30,672 nucleotides of DNA from the NCBI GenBank assembly GCA_027319565.1, contig DAHVNA010000027.1:1-30672 (forward strand), given 5' to 3'. How positions within the stretch are numbered: position 1 is the stretch's first letter; each line of letters begins with the position of its first letter. Shown piece after piece: positions 24,992 through 30,672 of the stretch. The translations under genes and the position numbers were made by a program. The stretch comes from Elusimicrobiota bacterium (GTDB taxonomy: Bacteria; Elusimicrobiota; Elusimicrobia; UBA1565; UBA9628). The notes below the pieces were generated by a model. It was not told the DNA's origin and ran no database searches. It saw nothing but the letters and a program-made list of their open reading frames with translations.

Positions 24992-26035
24992 CTAAGCCAA
25001 GGTTTTTAAATCAATTGAAAACCGGTAGCGGACGTCGTTATTCATCATCCGCTCGTAAGCGCGGTTGACGTCTTGAATTTTGATGACCTCAACATCGGCC
25101 AAGACCTTGTGCTGCTCGCAAAAATCCAGCATCTCCTGAGTTTCAGGAAGGCCGCCGATTAAGGAACCCGCCAACGTTCTGCGCCCCATAATCAAAGGGA
25201 AAGCGGACACCTCTAGCGGAACCGGAGAAGCCCCGACCAAGACCAAGGCTCCGTCTAACTTGAGCATCCCCAGCGCGGAATTTAAATCATGCTTGGCGGA
25301 AACCGTGTCAATAATGAAATTTAAATGTCCGGCCATCTTGGATGCGGCATTGACATCAGCCAAAAGAACGAATTCATCGGCCCCCAATCGTTTGGCGGCC
25401 TCTTTTTTGGACGCAGAATGGCTCAAGACAAAAACCTCGGCGCCCAGAGCCTTTCCAATTTTGACCGCCATATGCCCCAGGCCTCCCAAGCCTAAAACTC
25501 CAATGCGCGAATTTTTCCCAACCTTAAAACGCTTAAGAGGAGAATAGGTGGTTATTCCGGCACACAAAAGAGGCGCGACGCGCTCAAGGGGAAGGCCCTT
25601 GCCAATCTTGAGAACAAAATTCTCATCCACCACGATATGGGATGAATACCCTCCTTGGGTCGCTAGTCCATCCCGGCCAACGCTGTTATAGGTAAATGTC
25701 CCAGGCCCCGCGCAAAATTGTTCAAGGCCTTTTTGGCAAGGCTCGCATTTGCGGCAAGAGTCAACCAAACAACCTACTCCGGCAAAATCTCCTTCCTTAA
25801 ATTTTTTCACGTCTTTTCCCACACGGGTCACTCGTCCCGCGATTTCATGGCCCGGAACCATGGGGTAGACCGCTGCACCCCATTCGTTTCGAGCCGAATG
25901 AATGTCGGAGTGACAAATTCCACAGTAGGCAATTTCAATTTGAACATCCTTGGGCCCGAGCGCTCTCCGCTCAAATGAAAACGGCTCGAGTGGCGTCGTC
26001 GCGCTTTTGGCGGCATATCCATGACATTGGCTCAT
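24992..26035 (-). CDS. Zn-dependent NAD(P)H alcohol dehydrogenase (cinnamyl-ADH/YahK-like)
   Basis: CGICHSD, GHEIAG, C..C..C.......C, LLCAGITTYSPL, GLGGLGH, VRYRF.ID. Confidence 0.95.
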   Translation of the reverse strand: MSQCHGYAAKSATTPLEPFSFERRALGPKDVQIEIAYCGICHSDIHSARNEWGAAVYPMVPGHEIAGRVTRVGKDVKKFKEGDFAGVGCLVDSCRKCEPCQKGLEQFCAGPGTFTYNSVGRDGLATQGGYSSHIVVDENFVLKIGKGLPLERVAPLLCAGITTYSPLKRFKVGKNSRIGVLGLGGLGHMAVKIGKALGAEVFVLSHSASKKEAAKRLGADEFVLLADVNAASKMAGHLNFIIDTVSAKHDLNSALGMLKLDGALVLVGASPVPLEVSAFPLIMGRRTLAGSLIGGLPETQEMLDFCEQHKVLADVEVIKIQDVNRAYERMMNNDVRYRFSIDLKTLA

Positions 26036-26192
26036 ATTCTTTCTCCTAATGAAACGATTTTATCTACTTTACAAAATCGCGATTTTTATTTTCAAAAGAT
26101 TGAGCCCAAAACACCCCATAATTTGCCAAAATAGAAGAAGGAACAGGGAAGGCTTGCCTTCCCGTCCAAAACTAAAAAAAGGAGAAAAAACC

Positions 26193-26564
26193 ATGATCAC
26201 CGAAACCAAAGAAATGAGCGCCGTGGATTATTTTAAGGCGAAACTTCAATTCGAGACGACTCCGCATGAACTGAGCTCCGCGCTTGAGAAAAAAAGTGTT
26301 TTCCTCGTGGATGTTCGGGACTCTGAGTCCTATAAAAAGGAACATATCACCGGTTCAGTGAATATCCCGTTTGCGGATATGATCAGCAACCTCTCCAAAC
26401 TCCCCAAGGACAAGACCATCGTCCTCTACTGCTGGAACATCACCTGCGCCTTGGCGCCCAAAGCGGCCTTGATGTTGGCCGAAAAAGGATTCAAAGTTCA
26501 GGAACTGGTGGGCGGAATCGCGGAGTGGAAGTCAAAGGGCTTCTCGGTCGAATCGAGCAAATAA
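26193..26564 (+). CDS. Rhodanese-like domain protein
   Basis: VDVR...Y..EHI.GSVNIP, YCW...C, L.GGIAEW. AAAGGAG SD supports ATG 26193 rather than 26049. Confidence 0.9.
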   Translation: MITETKEMSAVDYFKAKLQFETTPHELSSALEKKSVFLVDVRDSESYKKEHITGSVNIPFADMISNLSKLPKDKTIVLYCWNITCALAPKAALMLAEKGFKVQELVGGIAEWKSKGFSVESSK

Positions 26565-26573
26565 GCGGTCAAT

Positions 26574-26607
26574 AAAAAGCCCCTCGGAATTCCGAGGGGC
26601 TTTTTTT
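26574..26607. terminator. Bidirectional intrinsic terminator
   Basis: AAAAAGCCCCTCGGAATTCCGAGGGGCTTTTTTT between convergent genes; 32-bp perfect palindrome. Confidence 0.9.
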
Positions 26608-26616
26608 ATTTCCGGA

Positions 26617-27522
26617 TTAAAGCTTTAAACTGACGCCGACATTGATAAAATTTTCGGCTGTCGTTCCCGGCTGAACATAGTGTTCGTAGGAAGCGTTAAA
26701 AGCCAGCATCATCATATTAGCGGCAACCCCAAAAGCGTAAGCGTCGGAGGCCTGCGCGCCCAGCTGAAAAGTCGTATGGGTGTAGGAGAGATACGGTGTT
26801 AAAAACGGAATCATCTCCATTTGGATTTTAGCGTTAACCGACATATCCGGAAAGCCCAAAACCACGTTGGTCACCCCGTCTAAGTTGGTCACCTCGGCGT
26901 TTTGAACTCCTAAGCCTCCCAGGTTGCGGTCATAGAGAGACTTAGTCACGTTGACCGTCATTAGATTATCCATTAACGCCGCATCAACAGAACCGTGCAA
27001 ATTGGTTTGTCCAAAATTAGCGCTCCCGGCATGGCCTAGAAAAACAGAACCCTCGCCGTTGTGGATTTCGTTGACGCCGGCCCTTAAGTCTACGCCGCCC
27101 AGTCCCGCGCTTTCCGGGCCCCAATAATAAGGATTAGAGGCTTGAGCCGCGGCGCGCAAGGGCGGCCCTCCGCCCGGCGTTAAACTCAAAACCCCGTCGG
27201 CTCCAAAAAAATAATTATTATAGCCGTCGATAGTCGGGGTCGCGCCTCCCGAAAGGCCCAAGCCCCAGCTTTTTTTATCGTAAGCGGCGCGCAGGGAATA
27301 GGTCCGATAAGTATAACCCTTGGTTCCGTCTCCATGATACTCTTCAAAGGATGGCTGAAAATGAAGGGCGCCGCCAAAATCGGCCGAGGCCTGAGTTCCG
27401 ACATAGCCGCCGCTTCCCATCGTTTGATTGACATTTCCGTCCGCGAACATAGCGGAAGCCGGAAGAGCGCTCAAACTCCACAACGCCAGCGTCAAGACAA
27501 TACCGCGAGTTAATATTTTCAT
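26617..27522 (-). CDS. Probable outer-membrane beta-barrel protein
   Basis: Signal peptide MKILTRGIVLTLALWSLSALPASA, alternating amphipathic strands, C-terminus FINVGVSLKL. Track start 27687 overlaps ugd. Confidence 0.7.
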   Translation of the reverse strand: MKILTRGIVLTLALWSLSALPASAMFADGNVNQTMGSGGYVGTQASADFGGALHFQPSFEEYHGDGTKGYTYRTYSLRAAYDKKSWGLGLSGGATPTIDGYNNYFFGADGVLSLTPGGGPPLRAAAQASNPYYWGPESAGLGGVDLRAGVNEIHNGEGSVFLGHAGSANFGQTNLHGSVDAALMDNLMTVNVTKSLYDRNLGGLGVQNAEVTNLDGVTNVVLGFPDMSVNAKIQMEMIPFLTPYLSYTHTTFQLGAQASDAYAFGVAANMMMLAFNASYEHYVQPGTTAENFINVGVSLKL

Positions 27523-27565
27523 GAAAATATTATATATGAAAACACCTAAGAAATTACGTCTTATT

Positions 27566-28876
27566 TTACGGGCGGCCCACGCCGCAATAGGTGAATCCCC
27601 AAGAGCGCATCTTTTGGGGATCATAGAGATTTCGCCCGTCGAGAATGAGAGGATTTTTGAGAAGACCAAAGACGCGCTTAAAATCAAGGTCTTTAAATTG
27701 CGGCCACTCCGTGACCACGGCCACCGCGTCCGCCCCTTGAAGACACTGATAAACGTCCTTGCATAAAACCACTCCTTTCATCTGCGGCCAAAAAGGCGCA
27801 CGGTCAAGCGCCACGGGATCGGTCGCCCGAATCTTGACTCCGCGGTCTTTGAGGTGAAGGGCAATGTCTAGGCTTGGCGCAAAGCGCATGTCATCGGTAT
27901 TGGGTTTAAACGCAAGGCCCAGCATCGCCACCGTTTTACCTTCCAAGTTCCAAAGATGTTCCTCCAATTTCCGGATGATCCAGGTTTTCTGAAACTCATT
28001 GACTTCCTTGACCGCTTTGAGCATTTGAAAGTCGTAACCTTTCTTTCTCGCGATCCAATAAAAGGCTTCGAGATCCTTCGGAAAACAGAATCCGCCGAAA
28101 CCGATTCCCGCGTTGAAAAACATCGGCCCGATGCGGCGATCAAGCCCCATCCCCTTGGCGACCAAACCCACGTCGGCGCCCACTTTCTCGCACAAAATGG
28201 AGACCGCGTTGATATAGGAAATCTTCATCGCTAAAAAAGAATTAGAAGCATGTTTGATGAGTTCCGCGCTTTTGACGTCGGTCACAAGAACCGTCGAGTC
28301 GATAGGCTCATAAACCTTGCGCATGACCTTTTCAGCTCTGGGAGAAGACACTCCTATAACGATTCGATCGGGGTTCATGAAATCTTTAACCGCCGAGCCT
28401 TCGCTTAAAAATTCCGGATTGGAAACGACGTCAAACTCAACTCCTTTTTTCGCCAAGCGCGCGACCGTTTTATAAACCCATTCCCCGGTTTCAACCGGAA
28501 CCGTGGATTTATCCACGATGACGGAATAGCCGGATAAATTCTGGGCGACCTCGGCTGCGACATTTTCAACCGCCGACAAATCCGCCGAACCGTCTTCCCG
28601 CGGAGGAGTGCCCACCGCAATGAACACGACCTCGACGGGAGAATTTTTAATGCGCATTCCTTCTTTAACAGAGGAAGCGAAAGAAAGCCGTTTGTGGCGA
28701 GCATTCTTCTTGAAAATAGCCTCAAGCCCAGGCTCATGAATGGGAACTTTTCCCGCTTTGAGAGCGGCGATTTTTTTCTTGTCGGAATCAACGCAGACGA
28801 CCTGATGGCCAATCTCCGCCAAACACGACCCAGTCACCAAGCCCACATAGCCGCAGCCCACTACGCAAATTTTCAT
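27566..28876 (-). CDS. ugd: UDP-glucose 6-dehydrogenase
   Basis: GCGYVG, AVGTP, KSTVP, SNPEFL.EG, ELIK.ASN.FLA.KIS, GFGGFCFPKD, GLAFKPNTDD.R, DGRN. Confidence 0.95.
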   Translation of the reverse strand: MKICVVGCGYVGLVTGSCLAEIGHQVVCVDSDKKKIAALKAGKVPIHEPGLEAIFKKNARHKRLSFASSVKEGMRIKNSPVEVVFIAVGTPPREDGSADLSAVENVAAEVAQNLSGYSVIVDKSTVPVETGEWVYKTVARLAKKGVEFDVVSNPEFLSEGSAVKDFMNPDRIVIGVSSPRAEKVMRKVYEPIDSTVLVTDVKSAELIKHASNSFLAMKISYINAVSILCEKVGADVGLVAKGMGLDRRIGPMFFNAGIGFGGFCFPKDLEAFYWIARKKGYDFQMLKAVKEVNEFQKTWIIRKLEEHLWNLEGKTVAMLGLAFKPNTDDMRFAPSLDIALHLKDRGVKIRATDPVALDRAPFWPQMKGVVLCKDVYQCLQGADAVAVVTEWPQFKDLDFKRVFGLLKNPLILDGRNLYDPQKMRSWGFTYCGVGRP

Positions 28877-28944
28877 ATCTTCATTCCCCTTATTTTAAAT
28901 TGGCAGTTCAAAAATATCTTATCAAATGTATAATCTAAAGACTG

Positions 28945-30129
28945 ATGGGCCATATGCTTAGTTGTCTCCATTATCTCTCTGCGGCCTGGGCTGCGGTTTT
29001 GCTCGCAGGTTTGTGGGCTTGCGCGCTTGCGACTTTCCGCCACTTCGGGCGAAACGCCTCCTCAAATCAATCAAGCTTCGCCGAAAAAATGACCCTGATC
29101 CGCCCTATCCGCGGCCTCAACGACGGGATTAGAGAAGCCTTGGAATCCATAGCGGAATCAGACATTCAACGCCGATTTGAGATATTAATCGCGATGGAAT
29201 CTTCCGATGATCCAGCTTATCCCATCGCGGTGGGGTTTTCCCAATATAAAGCGGATAGGAACGTCTCCATTGTTTTAACAGGGCCCAGCAAGGACCGCAT
29301 GGGCAAAATACACAACATGATTGAGGCTTTTCCTAAAGCTAAAAACCCTTTTATCGTTTTCTCGGACGCCGACGCTTGGGCCAACCCGGCCTTGATTCGG
29401 GAAACCTCTCGCGCCTTCGGCTCCGGCTATGACGCGGTGTTTGCCTTGCCTTATTTTGCCGATCCTAGAAACGCCGCGGAAATGAGTTTCGCCGTGGCGT
29501 TAAACCACGGATTTTCAACCCCCGCCGCGCTCAGTTATTATCTGTTTAATTTTCCGTTCTGCGCCGGCGCCTGGATGGGATTTTCAAAAAATATCATCGA
29601 AAAAATCGGGGGGCTTGAGTCTTTTGAAAAACGCATCGCCGACGATTACGCTCTGGGAATGGCGGTCGTTAAAGCCGGCGGCAAACACGCATTTCTTAGC
29701 CGCCCCGTTTTCTTTCGAGAAACCACCACAAGCGTCAAAGATACTTTTCAGCATTTGTCAAAGTGGGCCTCTATCATTCATTCTTGCCTACCCAATCTTT
29801 ATTGGATTGCCCCTCTTTTCTCCCCCACCCACGCCTCCCTTTTATTTTTGATCATCGCCTGGGCGTCCCACTGGCATGTCCTTGCCGCTTTAATTCTTTT
29901 TACCGCGACTATTCTCTCCCGCATTCTGGTGGGAGTCATTCAAGACTTAAGAATCGCGCGCGCAGCCATGCCCTTTTACTCTTATCTTGGAATTCCCCTT
30001 TTTGATTTTATCGCGACGGGAATTTGGCTGTCTGGATTCCGCAGAAACATTCACTGGAGAAACAAAAGCTACCGATTGTCTAGGGGATGCAAAGCGGAAG
30101 TACTCAACGCCGATCTTCTTTCGAACTGA
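28945..30129 (+). CDS. GT2/GT21 glycosyltransferase (ceramide glucosyltransferase / HpnI-like)
   Basis: N-terminal TM, IRPIRG, K..N, FSDAD, IGG.....IADDY.LG, degenerate QHLSKW, C-terminal TMs and I.WR...Y.L. Confidence 0.8.
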   Translation: MGHMLSCLHYLSAAWAAVLLAGLWACALATFRHFGRNASSNQSSFAEKMTLIRPIRGLNDGIREALESIAESDIQRRFEILIAMESSDDPAYPIAVGFSQYKADRNVSIVLTGPSKDRMGKIHNMIEAFPKAKNPFIVFSDADAWANPALIRETSRAFGSGYDAVFALPYFADPRNAAEMSFAVALNHGFSTPAALSYYLFNFPFCAGAWMGFSKNIIEKIGGLESFEKRIADDYALGMAVVKAGGKHAFLSRPVFFRETTTSVKDTFQHLSKWASIIHSCLPNLYWIAPLFSPTHASLLFLIIAWASHWHVLAALILFTATILSRILVGVIQDLRIARAAMPFYSYLGIPLFDFIATGIWLSGFRRNIHWRNKSYRLSRGCKAEVLNADLLSN

Positions 30130-30672
30130 TTAGCGCGACCAAGAGGGAGTCGCGCTATTTCCCTTAATTTTCAAAAGCGCGTGAGGCGCCGAGCCATCGG
30201 CATCCATCACATAAATGCGGGAAATGCCGTTTCTGCCTGTCCGGCTAAAAACAATGAAGCGTCCGTCCGGGGACCAAGACGGATTTTCGCTCGAGCCGCT
30301 TCCATGGGTAATATCGCGCTCATCGGTGCCGGTAATATCGGTCAAAAGAATATCTAATTTTTCCGTGGGAGAAACTCTCCCGGCAAAAGTAATCCACTGT
30401 CCTGTCGGCGACCAGGACGGGGAATCGCACCAGTTGAGCATCGTCAATCTCTTGACGCGATCGGTCAACAAGTCCATGGTATAGACCTCGGGATTTCCCG
30501 CCCGATCGGAGACAAAAGCGATTTGGCCGGCATCCGGAGAAAAAGTCGGGGAACTGTCCGCGCCGCGATCATTGGTCAGTTGAGTGAGACGGCCGTTGAC
30601 AAGGTTTTTGATATAGATATTGGGATTTTTCCCGCGCGAGAGAGTCATTAAAAGCTTGTCTCCATTGGGAGA
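30130..30672 (-). CDS. tolB: TolB-like beta-propeller (PD40 repeats), C-terminal part, 5' end beyond window
   Basis: SPNG, SPTFSPDA..IAFVSDR.G.PEVY, SPSWSPTG, NPSWSPDGR.IVFS, PSWS; frame open to the window edge. Confidence 0.85.
   Translation of the reverse strand, partial: SPNGDKLLMTLSRGKNPNIYIKNLVNGRLTQLTNDRGADSSPTFSPDAGQIAFVSDRAGNPEVYTMDLLTDRVKRLTMLNWCDSPSWSPTGQWITFAGRVSPTEKLDILLTDITGTDERDITHGSGSSENPSWSPDGRFIVFSRTGRNGISRIYVMDADGSAPHALLKIKGNSATPSWSR

Noticed and set aside
26049..27687. Long N-terminal extensions of the rhodanese and OMP ORFs in the track
   Set aside because: The SD position (26193) and signal peptide (27522) indicate later starts, and the OMP extension overlaps ugd.

Overview
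Bacterial chromosomal window with an intact ~18.7 kb integrative element (4642-23383) inserted in tRNA-Ala(CGC). The left host flank carries a tryptophanase-family lyase (partial, missing from the ORF track), a DUF971 protein, a deoxyhypusine-synthase-like gene plus agmatinase, a two-CxxC disulfide oxidoreductase and a globin. The element has a minimal mobility module (tyrosine integrase, excisionase, Replic_Relax-type protein, a hairpin/repeat-rich non-coding region) and a dense defence cargo: RES-Xre TA, RhuM, DUF2130, an RloC/PrrC-like ABC ATPase with a non-canonical Walker A, type III R-M with an AlbA_2/Schlafen-HATPase gene between mod and res, a protease remnant and an AbiE-like type IV TA. 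The duplicated att segment is the 5' half of the tRNA and ends exactly at the anticodon loop. The restored tRNA is therefore separated from its native promoter and appears to get a replacement TATAAT from the last codons of the integrase. The right host flank has two exported proteins, a Zn alcohol dehydrogenase, a rhodanese, a probable outer-membrane protein, ugd, a GT21-like glycosyltransferase and partial tolB. All family calls come from reading motifs by eye; no database searches were run.
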